Shown here one piece after another: positions 11,807-22,366 of a stretch of DNA of 64,000 nucleotides. This stretch comes from a virus: the IMG/VR virus record IMGVR_UViG_3300013117_000027; one strand, given 5' to 3'. The position numbers and the translations under genes are program-made. The notes under the pieces were generated by a model. It was given only the letters and a program-made list of their open reading frames with translations, was not told the origin of the DNA and did not search any database. Position 1 is the first letter of the stretch; each line of letters starts with the position of its first letter.

Positions 11807-13405
11807 ATGGCTAAGCCTGTAAAAAAGAATAGATGGACTAACGTAGATGCGTTCGCATTACTTAACGGTATAAGTACTTGGGATAAGAATTATCTTAATC
11901 TTAAGTATGTTCGTATACCTGGTGAAAGTAATATAGAACTAAGACAAAAAATTTATAATAGTCATTCAAATCCAGCTGAAGATACGTCTTTACAAAGTCT
12001 TATTCGAGGTCTTTCTAACGAGTTAAATCTTACTACATATGATATAGAATCAAAGACTACGTTTGATCTTATACGAACACCATTTCCATCAGGAGATGTT
12101 GGGATTCAAGATATATGGCTTTTCTACAAGCCACCTGGTAGTGGAGAATGGTACGAGATAGCTCCACAATTATGGGGATCTGGCTATTATACTGACTATG
12201 AAGCTAGCGAGACACAGTCTTCTGGATTTATAGTGTGGGAAGAATCTTACTATAAAGATTCGTTAGGAGTTACTACTAAGACTAGTACGTATAGTACTTT
12301 ACTAAGTGTGCTTCCTAATCCTAATCTCGAAGTTCCTCTTGTTGATAAGAGTCTCATAAAGATTATATACAATGTAAGACTTTATGATAAAGATAATAAT
12401 TCTTCTACTTATCTTTACACTGATATGCCCAACGAGTATGATGTAGATGACGATAGACTCATATATAGAATACCTTATGTTGTTCAATCAGGCGATTACT
12501 ATAATTCAGTTATAGCTTATCATCTAGATGAGGTACAAAGTTTTGCATCTGGTCTTTACTATACGTCTGGCGGTCTACCTACAGGGATGCTTTATAAGTT
12601 AAGAGACATCATAGATAATAACTTTCAACATAAATGGAAGAATGTAAGAGATAAACAATCTATATGGGATGTACATAAAGATTACAGTAAAGGTACTATA
12701 CAAAGTTTCTATGATATACCTACTGTTGTTTCTCCAGAGAATTCAGGAGAAGCATTAGATGTAGAAGATCTTTTTACCGGCGGTATAGAGTATCAAGATC
12801 CAGTACTTAATATATCAGATATATATATATCAGAAGAAGACTCTGTAGAGAGATGGTATCCTATCATGTATCCTGGCAAGTTCTATATAGGTGGTCAACA
12901 ATATTACCTAATGGAGAATCCACAGTTTTCTACTATTGAGTTATTAGATAGTTACTCGGATATATATGGTACTTGTGGTTCAGGAGTTCTACCATCTGGT
13001 ATAGAAAGATGGTATAAGATTATAACACACTTTAATAGTAATCCTTCTGGTGAAAGTTTTGTGTTTGAAGACTACAATTATAAGATACCATATAGACAAT
13101 ATGATCCTAATGACGCATCAGGTCTATATAACTTTAACACTTTGATATACAGAAAAAGACCTTATATTACAGCTGCAATGGGATATCAATTAGATCTAGG
13201 TTCTGGTGAATATAATATCGACTTTGATCAATCACCTCCTGTTATACATGTTAGTGGGGTGCATAATACAGAGTTAAACATTGTATGGGATGAGGTTACC
13301 GTTCCTAGTGGACGTATATGTAGTAACGATTATGCTGATCTTAATCCTTTAAATGGAGACAATGTAGACTTTAGTAAGTATTTCTTTGTTATAGGAGATG
13401 AGTAA
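11807..13405 (+). CDS. Virion structural protein, Ser-Gly rich
   Basis: Operon context; N-terminal DAFALLNG...RIPGESNIELRQKI resembles baseplate wedge (gpI-like) segments; 15 SG dipeptides. Confidence 0.5.
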   Translation: MAKPVKKNRWTNVDAFALLNGISTWDKNYLNLKYVRIPGESNIELRQKIYNSHSNPAEDTSLQSLIRGLSNELNLTTYDIESKTTFDLIRTPFPSGDVGIQDIWLFYKPPGSGEWYEIAPQLWGSGYYTDYEASETQSSGFIVWEESYYKDSLGVTTKTSTYSTLLSVLPNPNLEVPLVDKSLIKIIYNVRLYDKDNNSSTYLYTDMPNEYDVDDDRLIYRIPYVVQSGDYYNSVIAYHLDEVQSFASGLYYTSGGLPTGMLYKLRDIIDNNFQHKWKNVRDKQSIWDVHKDYSKGTIQSFYDIPTVVSPENSGEALDVEDLFTGGIEYQDPVLNISDIYISEEDSVERWYPIMYPGKFYIGGQQYYLMENPQFSTIELLDSYSDIYGTCGSGVLPSGIERWYKIITHFNSNPSGESFVFEDYNYKIPYRQYDPNDASGLYNFNTLIYRKRPYITAAMGYQLDLGSGEYNIDFDQSPPVIHVSGVHNTELNIVWDEVTVPSGRICSNDYADLNPLNGDNVDFSKYFFVIGDE

Positions 13406-13902
13406 TGAGACGTAAAAGAAGACCAAATCTTATAATAACTAATCGTAGTGTACTTCCATATAATATAGATGGTGATACTATGAAATTCAAGATTATATAT
13501 CGCGATGATCAACAGCAAAGTTATGTTGCTGGTATTAGTGGATACGTATATGGTAATATAGGAGTTAGTGGCGCTACTATTAATATGGGTCTATTTGTGA
13601 CTGACAAGTTTGGTCAATGTGACTTCTTATATAATACCGACTTAATAGAAGATAGGAATATAAATACTGCTAAGTTTTGGGCTTCTGGAGTTCATGAAAA
13701 TTGGGGACTAGATGTTAATTCTTGTATAGCAAGAGCAGACTATATATACATAGATCAACTAAGCGGTATTATTATAACAGCTGGTACTTGTGGAGACTTT
13801 AATGATCTTGGAACAAGATATGACTTTGATGAATTTGATGGATATAGAATAACAGAATCAGGATTAAATAATATTACTGTTATAGAAAGGCCTTGGATAT
13901 AA
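13405..13902 (+). CDS. Hypothetical structural protein
   Basis: TAATG-coupled at both ends; 5 SG dipeptides in 165 aa. Confidence 0.5.
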   Translation: MRRKRRPNLIITNRSVLPYNIDGDTMKFKIIYRDDQQQSYVAGISGYVYGNIGVSGATINMGLFVTDKFGQCDFLYNTDLIEDRNINTAKFWASGVHENWGLDVNSCIARADYIYIDQLSGIIITAGTCGDFNDLGTRYDFDEFDGYRITESGLNNITVIERPWI

Positions 13903-15986
13903 TGTCAGTAAACTTCCTTAAGAAGAAAGATGGATACGATATAAGTATGTGTCCTATAGCTACAGTACGATTAGATGGATTTAGTCCTACAAAGATAACT
14001 AAACTCATAGATTACTCTAATGATGTCCACGAGAATAGTGAAAACTATGTACAGACACAAATAATATTAGCTGATAGAGATGGAGCAGAAGATACTACTC
14101 CTATCTCAGGATTTCCTCTTACATATTATGAGACAACATTCAGATATAAGTCTACATTCTTTGTAACAGATAAAGTTAACGATAACAATGATCCTTTATA
14201 CTTTTCTTACGAGTTAAAGTTTGATGTAAACGGCGTTACAGATACAGATATAATAGAAGTATTAAAGAATAATACTACACCTTTAAGACCTGATCAGTTT
14301 AAGCTACAGTTTGGACATGTATCTCTTACAGATAACTACTATGGTACCAAGGATGCAGGATTAGATAGGTATGGAAGGGATATAGTATGGGGTCCTATAG
14401 ATGGATCTAAGAATATACATAGGGTTAGAGTTTTACTGCCTATAGATGTTGTTAATAGAAGTGATTTTTACACTGTTAGATACAATAAGAGCCTGTTTAA
14501 CATCAGTTATCCTGCTCATTTTGAGTTAATAGAGTTAACAACACTGTATACAGAGACAATAGACTGGGATATACAGGAAGATAAGGTAGTCTTACCGACG
14601 ACATCCTTTATATCTAACGTTAACACTAAGCAGCTCTACATAACAAAAGATCCTAATGCACACATAGCCGTCGAAGGTGTTATAAGTATGAACGCTGAAG
14701 GATATCAAAGTGACGCTGAGTCATCGTGGAACGCACGCATATCACACGGTTCATTTCTTACTAACCTCGATGAAAGATTTTATCAAGCTAAGTTTGTACC
14801 GATAGACGTCGATAACCCTCAAGAGAAATACCAGTTGATAACGTACGTTAATCCAAAGCTTCTCGGTGGTAACATCGTTAGAATCGAAGATGCTCCTATT
14901 CATATTACCACAGTAGACGATTTAGGTTCGCCATCTGGATATGTATATCCTTACTATGACGTGACTATCTTTCCTAAAGAGTCGTTTGATAATATTATAC
15001 CTATTGGAACATTCGGTATAGACGTAGATGGTGTTGATGTTTCAAGAATAAAGATCTCATCTATAGACAGACAAAAGGGATACATACTGTTTAATAAGCA
15101 ATTTAATCCACAAGAAGATGTAGATTTCTTCTTTTATACTGATTGTTCTAGTAAGTCTTATATATATAATCTAGAACTTAATCCTAGAATTAGTGGAGAG
15201 TATGGTATATCACATATATGTGAGAATACTATAAAGAATATAGGTGTTGCAGTAAGAGAGTCCCCAGAAGTTGGTGTCGGAGATTCTTATACTAATAGAC
15301 TAAGATATCATAGTCTTTATTTCTTTGATTATGAAGCTGTTGCTGATGACGGTCAGGTCACTTTCTACAGGGGTAACCAAATTCCGGGGCTAAGTACATA
15401 TAGTGAGGTAGGATACTTAAGATGGAATCCTTTCGACGGAAAAGAAAGTTCTACGGGACAGTTTATACCTTTATCACATGTTTCTGTTAATAGAATGTTT
15501 CCAGATATACTTACAGTGAGAGATGCTAGGATCATAGCAGGCGGTTTCACATCACAAGAACAGAAAAGGCTTAATAACGAACAAAAGAATTCATACACAG
15601 ATATAGGCTATTGGGATGGTGAACCATTACCTCACGCTGGACTTATAGTTATTCACTTACCTAGCACTATATATCCTAATCTTATAACCAAGTGGAAAGA
15701 GTCAGGTCTATTTAATCCTGACATGTATACAGATATAACAAAAGAAGAGATAGAACAACTAGCTGCAGCTAGTGGAGAAGATTATGATGAATATTATAGT
15801 AAACTTCTAGAGGGTTACTCTGTTAATAACGAGAAAGTAAAAGATCCTTACGAGACTATGTTAACTTCATGGGCTAAGAAGGAAGCATCTCATTACTTAG
15901 ATCAACTTATAAAGAAGTATATACCAGCAGGAACGCAGTATATACTATTAGATGAGAACTTTAATCAAATAAAATTGGATTTATAA
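13902..15986 (+). CDS. Virion structural protein
   Basis: Long ORF in the structural operon; start placed at the TAATG overlap rather than TTG 13893. Confidence 0.5.
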   Translation: MSVNFLKKKDGYDISMCPIATVRLDGFSPTKITKLIDYSNDVHENSENYVQTQIILADRDGAEDTTPISGFPLTYYETTFRYKSTFFVTDKVNDNNDPLYFSYELKFDVNGVTDTDIIEVLKNNTTPLRPDQFKLQFGHVSLTDNYYGTKDAGLDRYGRDIVWGPIDGSKNIHRVRVLLPIDVVNRSDFYTVRYNKSLFNISYPAHFELIELTTLYTETIDWDIQEDKVVLPTTSFISNVNTKQLYITKDPNAHIAVEGVISMNAEGYQSDAESSWNARISHGSFLTNLDERFYQAKFVPIDVDNPQEKYQLITYVNPKLLGGNIVRIEDAPIHITTVDDLGSPSGYVYPYYDVTIFPKESFDNIIPIGTFGIDVDGVDVSRIKISSIDRQKGYILFNKQFNPQEDVDFFFYTDCSSKSYIYNLELNPRISGEYGISHICENTIKNIGVAVRESPEVGVGDSYTNRLRYHSLYFFDYEAVADDGQVTFYRGNQIPGLSTYSEVGYLRWNPFDGKESSTGQFIPLSHVSVNRMFPDILTVRDARIIAGGFTSQEQKRLNNEQKNSYTDIGYWDGEPLPHAGLIVIHLPSTIYPNLITKWKESGLFNPDMYTDITKEEIEQLAAASGEDYDEYYSKLLEGYSVNNEKVKDPYETMLTSWAKKEASHYLDQLIKKYIPAGTQYILLDENFNQIKLDL

Positions 15987-18190
15987 TGGTAAAGCAATAC
16001 GATATAAAAAACAATATAAAGAGTATACAAAGTGTACTTGTTAGTGAGTCTATAAAAGAACGTTCTAATCTACAGTTACTCAAATCAGAGGAAGCTATAA
16101 GAAATGTTCTACAATCGTACTCAGATAAAATGAATGCAACAGGTGATAAACTTACAAAGTTATCTCAACATCTTGTTAATTCTAAAGATATAATATCTAA
16201 AGATAAGTTCAATGATCTGTTTAATAGTCTTTACATTGATATCAAGACCTTGTATCAACACATAGACTATGTTGATGAAGTCTTATCCCTTAATCTTCAT
16301 AGAAATAGAAAGTTCTTTAATGTTCTTAAGAAAAGGATGAGAGAGTTATGGAATAAGTTAGTTCTTACAAGACTTAATATTACAGATAGTTCTCAGTTTG
16401 ACGAATCATACTTTGAAGCATTCTCTACTATTAATTCTAAACATAGATATGTAGGAGTTTTAATAGACAAGAAATCTGGCGTAATGACTCTAGAACCAAG
16501 AGAAAGTTTTATTCATAATAAGAAATACTTAATAAAAGATATACAGACCAAAACATATCCTGTTCATAACAAAGAAGGTGGAGTTATCCATACTACTAGT
16601 TATCTTAATAGTTTTGCATCGTCTTATAGAAGAGATGGACAGCGTGACATGTTAGAGAACGGATTATGGAAAGAACAGATACTTTGTAATGATATTCCTG
16701 ATATCAAGTACGATATCAAAGATGATCTAACAGAGATAGACCAACTCTTTAAGTCTGTTAACGGTATTCTATCGTTTGTAGACATAGAGTTTACACAACC
16801 TATTCAATTTAACGACATAGAGATTGACTTATTCGGTGACTACCCTATAACGTTAGTTTCTATAATGTGTAAGAGTGAAAGCGATGGTGTTTGGCAACCA
16901 GTAAAGAAGCTTGATAGTATTGAAGTTGATAATGGGTATCAGACTTATGATAACTCAAAAGAAGAGACGGCTTTCGACGTACTTTCTATCAAGAATATTG
17001 AACGTACCAATGCTAGATTTATGAGACTAGTATTCAACCAGAACAACTACGACATCCTTGATAGCAGTGAGTTTTCTATTAAAGATCTAGAGGATAAGAT
17101 TAATAATGATCTCTCTGAAAGACGTTATGAGGTTGTTAAGTTAGATGGAGGATCTGATGATCGCCCAGCGATCCCAAAGAGTTATGATAATGACTCTCTA
17201 TATTCACAGGTAACTGACGTAATAGAAGATACTAGAAGTTTAGAGGAGACTATAACTAAAATTATAAATATATTGGAACCGACACCTAAGCTTCAGTCTA
17301 TCGACTTTAAAAAGACACTTAAGTATGAAGTTGGCGCTTGGTCTATAGAACCAAGGTACCAATCTTACTCAGGAACAGGTAAGTTTAACTCAGGAGATTA
17401 TCCTATACGTGATAGGTCACTGATCTCCGTTAACTTACTTACAAAGCAAGAAGATATAAAATATAATACTTGTAACTGGTTCGTTAGTAACCGAGGATAT
17501 AATAAACATATACCTATTATAGAAAATGATAGGAGAGTTAGAAAAGAACCTGCTTATATTATAAATCCTGATTATTTTACAGATTATACTCAAGGTACAT
17601 TTATTCACTTAGACTTACCTTCTTCTAATATAGACTTTGCTGATAATACAAAGATATGGATAAATGGCGGAAGGGAGAACGGTGGAGAACCTTATCCTTT
17701 AACAGCTTTTACTTGGATAAGACTTAATTCTACTCTTATACACATAGAAGATATACAGGATATTTATAAGAATGATTATGTTATACAATATGTGCCAGCG
17801 TCATTAGATGCAGTATATATGTATACTCTAGAGAAATTAGGAGAGGAAGAAGAAGGAGATCTTCTACCTTATGAGGTTGTAGCGTCTAGAAAATCTATGT
17901 TAAGGTACTTCCTTAGTTCGATAGATAAGACTAATGAGTACGTCATAAAGACGACGAGAGCTACTACGTTAGAGGCTGAGCTATGGTTTAGAACTAATAG
18001 ACACACTTTATGTATCACGAAGGCTGTAGAAATGTTATACAGTGATAAGATACCTCCTGCTATGAGACCGACTTTAAATGTTATCACAGGTACTAGATCT
18101 AGTAAAGACCTCATAGTGTCTAGAGATATAGATAGTAATATGGACTTACCACCAATGATGCCTATAATCATCGAAAGGGACATTACATAA
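15986..18190 (+). CDS. Virion structural protein (paralogous family with N-terminal helical segment)
   Basis: KFNDLFNSLYIDIKTLY...EAFS...IDKKSGVMTL pattern shared with ORFs at 19580, 25793 and 29267. Confidence 0.5.
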   Translation: MVKQYDIKNNIKSIQSVLVSESIKERSNLQLLKSEEAIRNVLQSYSDKMNATGDKLTKLSQHLVNSKDIISKDKFNDLFNSLYIDIKTLYQHIDYVDEVLSLNLHRNRKFFNVLKKRMRELWNKLVLTRLNITDSSQFDESYFEAFSTINSKHRYVGVLIDKKSGVMTLEPRESFIHNKKYLIKDIQTKTYPVHNKEGGVIHTTSYLNSFASSYRRDGQRDMLENGLWKEQILCNDIPDIKYDIKDDLTEIDQLFKSVNGILSFVDIEFTQPIQFNDIEIDLFGDYPITLVSIMCKSESDGVWQPVKKLDSIEVDNGYQTYDNSKEETAFDVLSIKNIERTNARFMRLVFNQNNYDILDSSEFSIKDLEDKINNDLSERRYEVVKLDGGSDDRPAIPKSYDNDSLYSQVTDVIEDTRSLEETITKIINILEPTPKLQSIDFKKTLKYEVGAWSIEPRYQSYSGTGKFNSGDYPIRDRSLISVNLLTKQEDIKYNTCNWFVSNRGYNKHIPIIENDRRVRKEPAYIINPDYFTDYTQGTFIHLDLPSSNIDFADNTKIWINGGRENGGEPYPLTAFTWIRLNSTLIHIEDIQDIYKNDYVIQYVPASLDAVYMYTLEKLGEEEEGDLLPYEVVASRKSMLRYFLSSIDKTNEYVIKTTRATTLEAELWFRTNRHTLCITKAVEMLYSDKIPPAMRPTLNVITGTRSSKDLIVSRDIDSNMDLPPMMPIIIERDIT

Positions 18191-18912
18191 TGGATGAAAA
18201 ACAGACTCTTTATCCTGAGAGTGCTTTACTAACATCGACATTTATACCTTATTACTTTGAGCCAAAGAAGGTATCAACAATAGATAGTACTCTTATTAAG
18301 GATGATAATTATACTATAGAACAAGATGTTAACGGACTATCATCTATCATATCAGTAAGAGATATACCTTATATTGATATATCTAAATATGATCACCTAA
18401 GGAAGCGTTTTTTCTGGACAGATCAGTTTGATAATAGATGGAGAGTATTTCTCCCAGGAGACTGGATAGAACAAGAGCAATCATTTTGGCCAGAAGACTT
18501 CACATATAATGTTTATCAAAGTATAGAAGGATTACTTGATGGTGATCTATGGACTGTAACATCTTTAAAGTTAGAAGACTTTAATATACAACAGTTTAGA
18601 CCTATATCTGTGAGAGTTAACGGAGTTGAACTAGAGGATGTAAGTAACTACGCAGGAGATAGAAATATTATACCTAAGTTAGACAATATAGATCCTTCTA
18701 CTAATAAACAGTTTTACTACGATATGAAGAACACTATATATACTAACCAAGATTTCGATCTTTTTGAAGATGATAATATAGAGATTACTTATTTTAAGAA
18801 CATTGATAGTGTTCAGATCTATGGAAGACTGAATACTAATGTTACAAATCTCTCATCTTACACACCGGTGGTAGATTACTACATAATAAAACTGTCTAGC
18901 CAGAACCTTTAG
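18190..18912 (+). CDS. Hypothetical structural protein
   Basis: Coupled ORF; C-terminal TPVVDYYIIK resembles the ends of neighbouring structural ORFs. Confidence 0.5.
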   Translation: MDEKQTLYPESALLTSTFIPYYFEPKKVSTIDSTLIKDDNYTIEQDVNGLSSIISVRDIPYIDISKYDHLRKRFFWTDQFDNRWRVFLPGDWIEQEQSFWPEDFTYNVYQSIEGLLDGDLWTVTSLKLEDFNIQQFRPISVRVNGVELEDVSNYAGDRNIIPKLDNIDPSTNKQFYYDMKNTIYTNQDFDLFEDDNIEITYFKNIDSVQIYGRLNTNVTNLSSYTPVVDYYIIKLSSQNL

Positions 18913-18920
18913 GAGTTTAA

Positions 18921-19580
18921 ATGCATAAAATAGATATACAACAGTTAAAACTTGATTGGGATGAATGTAGAAATTTAACACAGTTAGAAAAAATATATAG
19001 TTGTTCAAGAAAGACATTAGCTAGAAGACTTAACGGTATAGGTATAGACACAAATAAAAGACTATATCCTATTATAGAAGGTAAGAAAGAGTGTAGAGAA
19101 TGTGGTAATACATTAACTATAGACAACTTTCATTCTATAAAAGTGACTATATGCAGAAAGTGTATTAAGAAGTATAATAAACAGTATCAATGTAATAATA
19201 GATCTCATATAAATGCTAGCAGGAAACAACGTTATATCAATGATACTGGATACAGAATAGAATGTAATATAAGAAGTAGATTATGTAATGTTCTTGCTGG
19301 TAAGAATAAATCTGCTTCAACTAAAGAACTTTTAGGTTGTACAATAGATGAACTCAAAACGCATCTTCAGTCTACAGCTATTATTAATGGTTACAAAGAC
19401 TTCGATATTAATAGCTACTTAGGACATGAATATCACATAGACCATATACGTCCATGTTCTTCTTTTAATCTTAAAGATGAAGAAGAACAAAGACAGTGTT
19501 TTAACTGGTCTAACTTACAAATCCTTTCAGCTAAAGAGAATTTTAAGAAGGGTAATAAACTAACAGGACAAAATCTATAA
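18921..19580 (+). CDS. Free-standing HNH homing endonuclease
   Basis: CxxC...CxxC zinc motif, YHIDHIRPCSSF...CFNWSNLQILSAKENFKK HNH core, own AGGAG RBS; interrupts the structural operon. Confidence 0.85.
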   Translation: MHKIDIQQLKLDWDECRNLTQLEKIYSCSRKTLARRLNGIGIDTNKRLYPIIEGKKECRECGNTLTIDNFHSIKVTICRKCIKKYNKQYQCNNRSHINASRKQRYINDTGYRIECNIRSRLCNVLAGKNKSASTKELLGCTIDELKTHLQSTAIINGYKDFDINSYLGHEYHIDHIRPCSSFNLKDEEEQRQCFNWSNLQILSAKENFKKGNKLTGQNL

Positions 19581-20962
19581 TGAATAGTTACGTAAGAAAA
19601 ATAAATGAGAAGTATATATCTGATTTTAAATTTAGAATACAATCTGGTATAGCAGAGCTTGTCCGTAGTACAGATGCTACAGTTTTAAAAGTTATATTAC
19701 AAGAGGTTAATAGACTTTTTAGAATAATGTCAGGAAGACTTGTTTCAAGATTAGACATTCCTATGCCTGATAGATTCCCTGATGCTGACAAGTTTAACAG
19801 TTTTATATCTGATATAGATATAGATCTTGATAAAGTATTTACTGCTCAAGAGTTAGTCTCTAACGATGTTCAGAATGTCGTTAATTTTAACTCTCTTGAA
19901 AGAGAAAAAGCTAGAAGAAATCTAGCAGACGCTCAGAAGAAAGTTTATAATGTATATATAAAGTCTAAGATGGGTTTAGATGGTGCAACTGTTATAAGAG
20001 AAGACTTTAGAGATGATAGGTTGTATGCTGAATCTAATGGTGTACAGATAAATCTTAACAAAGAGAATCTTACACTTAAAGTAGAAGAAAGTTTTGTAGA
20101 TAGAAAGTCTGTTCATAAAGATAAGGTTGATATATATTTTACGGAGTTACCAGACGAGGGTTTCAAACTTTATCCTAATAATAGAAACTTAGCTTTAGGA
20201 TCATTCTGGAAGCGCGGTACCAGTGATATTCATTTCACTGCTAAAAACGACGAAGGAAGATACAAGACTTATATGGTAGATGAGAACGATGGAGTTAACG
20301 TCGGTAGCACTCAATTCGAAGCTGTTTATACGTACGAACAAGCATCTAATCTTAGTATCAGAGATAGAGTTGAACGCGAGTTAGGTAATTATCTTAATCT
20401 TCATCCTAGCTTTATAATGATAGACGATGCTATATCTATTCGTAGAACTTATATTACTCAGAAGTCAATGGAAGGTATAGAGGAAGTTATTAACCCTAGT
20501 ATTAAACTTGTAGTACCTTTTAAAGGAGAAGCTCCGGTTGGTACAACGTTTATAGTAGACTTAGAAGGTAACGATGCTAATGTTATTCCTACGATTGATG
20601 TTGCTAAGTCTTTTGTTTACGACGAAAATAATAGGAAAGTTAAATTTCAAAAGATACCTGATTCTAAAGTGGATGAGTACGGTAAGACAGGTAGATATGA
20701 GTTAGTCTTTAACGAACCATTAAGACCTACAAGGATGGAACTTATATGTTTCTTTAACTCTAATGCTTGGGCTGATATAACAGAATATATGATTTCTGAA
20801 TATTTATTCGAGAAAATTAAAAAGATAACTTTACAGACTAATCTAGGTAATATAGAAACTATTTTAAGAAAGAAAGCATACGTGTTCGTTGATGCTGAAA
20901 GTGATCTTTTAAATGAAAGACGTAGAGCTAACGACGTAATGCAGTTTAAAGGAGTTAAGTAA
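19580..20962 (+). CDS. Virion structural protein (paralogous family)
   Basis: KFNSFISDIDIDLDKVF...EDFRD...INLNKENLTL pattern. Confidence 0.5.
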   Translation: MNSYVRKINEKYISDFKFRIQSGIAELVRSTDATVLKVILQEVNRLFRIMSGRLVSRLDIPMPDRFPDADKFNSFISDIDIDLDKVFTAQELVSNDVQNVVNFNSLEREKARRNLADAQKKVYNVYIKSKMGLDGATVIREDFRDDRLYAESNGVQINLNKENLTLKVEESFVDRKSVHKDKVDIYFTELPDEGFKLYPNNRNLALGSFWKRGTSDIHFTAKNDEGRYKTYMVDENDGVNVGSTQFEAVYTYEQASNLSIRDRVERELGNYLNLHPSFIMIDDAISIRRTYITQKSMEGIEEVINPSIKLVVPFKGEAPVGTTFIVDLEGNDANVIPTIDVAKSFVYDENNRKVKFQKIPDSKVDEYGKTGRYELVFNEPLRPTRMELICFFNSNAWADITEYMISEYLFEKIKKITLQTNLGNIETILRKKAYVFVDAESDLLNERRRANDVMQFKGVK

Positions 20963-22366
20963 ATGTTAACAGGACTACCAGGAACTAATAAAGGCACAAC
21001 AAGAGATACAAAGTACACATATATAGCTGCGATAGATGATGAGATAACAACAGGAAATTCTAATGCGGAGTTTAAAGGTTTAAGTATATATGTTAAAGAA
21101 ACTGATACCAGACTTGATAGGAATAAGACAACCGATGTTGCCGCGTGGGAAAAGCACGAAATTAATACTCCACTTCGAGCAAGAATATTTGGGATGCAAT
21201 CTTACTATCATAGAGTTTTAAAAAAGGTGAATGTTGCTAAATGGGATAATGACATAGACGAGTTTAGTGGTAAGAATGATCTATGGGTAGTAGAAAAGAT
21301 TCCAGAGATGTGGATAGATCAGAATCAACACTATGAATATCAAAAATTGTTAGAAGATAATCTTGCTAACGATATCCATTACGATAATGACTTTAACTAT
21401 ATAGTCGATTCTGATTCGTACGGTGATGATAGTAACGGGTTATATATTATTTCTAAGAGAAATACTCTTAAAGGTAATAGAACAGATCAACTCGGTGGGA
21501 ATCCATTTAATGTAAGTATACAATCTTTTAAAGATGGAAGCAAACGTAGAGTATATCTTGTATATGTTATGGAACACACACTTATACTTCCTAAAGCTTA
21601 CTTTTGTTATAGTATAAACGGTAAGATAAGCGATTATTTTAATAAGACACCTTTATATTCTGAGAATTCTTATCAAAAAGGTAGGAGTAGATATAAACGA
21701 GATATTTCTGCTAAATATTATGTACCTGTTATAATGGAATTAAGGTACGAAGATCAAAAGATGAAGTTCAAAGCTGTAGCATCTCCTGTTGCTGATACTA
21801 ATAATAAGATTGCGGCAAGTGTTGGTGATTACGCACATAACTTTAACCTTATTCCATGGAAAAGGTACGAGAAACCTTTATTAGGCGGAAGTAGTACCCA
21901 ATGCGATGGAGATCTATATCTTCCTAGTAATAATAGATGTCTTACGTCGTCTTACCTTGATTACGAAGAAGAACATCTTATGATTATAACTACATATGAG
22001 GGAGGGAAGAGTGATACATCTTTTCCTGAACATAGACTATACGTCAGTAGATATGATACTACAAGTGAGATAGATCCTCTTCCTGATAGAATGAAATATA
22101 TAGATCTTTTATCAGTTATAAAATCTGGTGGTGGATCTCATTATGGTAACGACACTAACGTATCTTATATAGATATTACTAAGTGGCAGGATAACTATAT
22201 TATATCTGTTTCTTATGATAACGGTACGGCTACTTCTCTTCAGACCGTATTATTAAAAATGCCTGTTGGTACTAGTTATAACGAGAGTGATATAGAGTAT
22301 TACACTAAGATTAAAAACTCCGGATTTGCTGGTATACAAGGTTTAACAGAAGGATGGGCAACGTAA
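20963..22366 (+). CDS. Hypothetical structural protein
   Basis: 467-aa ORF in the operon with GGAG RBS. Confidence 0.45.
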   Translation: MLTGLPGTNKGTTRDTKYTYIAAIDDEITTGNSNAEFKGLSIYVKETDTRLDRNKTTDVAAWEKHEINTPLRARIFGMQSYYHRVLKKVNVAKWDNDIDEFSGKNDLWVVEKIPEMWIDQNQHYEYQKLLEDNLANDIHYDNDFNYIVDSDSYGDDSNGLYIISKRNTLKGNRTDQLGGNPFNVSIQSFKDGSKRRVYLVYVMEHTLILPKAYFCYSINGKISDYFNKTPLYSENSYQKGRSRYKRDISAKYYVPVIMELRYEDQKMKFKAVASPVADTNNKIAASVGDYAHNFNLIPWKRYEKPLLGGSSTQCDGDLYLPSNNRCLTSSYLDYEEEHLMIITTYEGGKSDTSFPEHRLYVSRYDTTSEIDPLPDRMKYIDLLSVIKSGGGSHYGNDTNVSYIDITKWQDNYIISVSYDNGTATSLQTVLLKMPVGTSYNESDIEYYTKIKNSGFAGIQGLTEGWAT

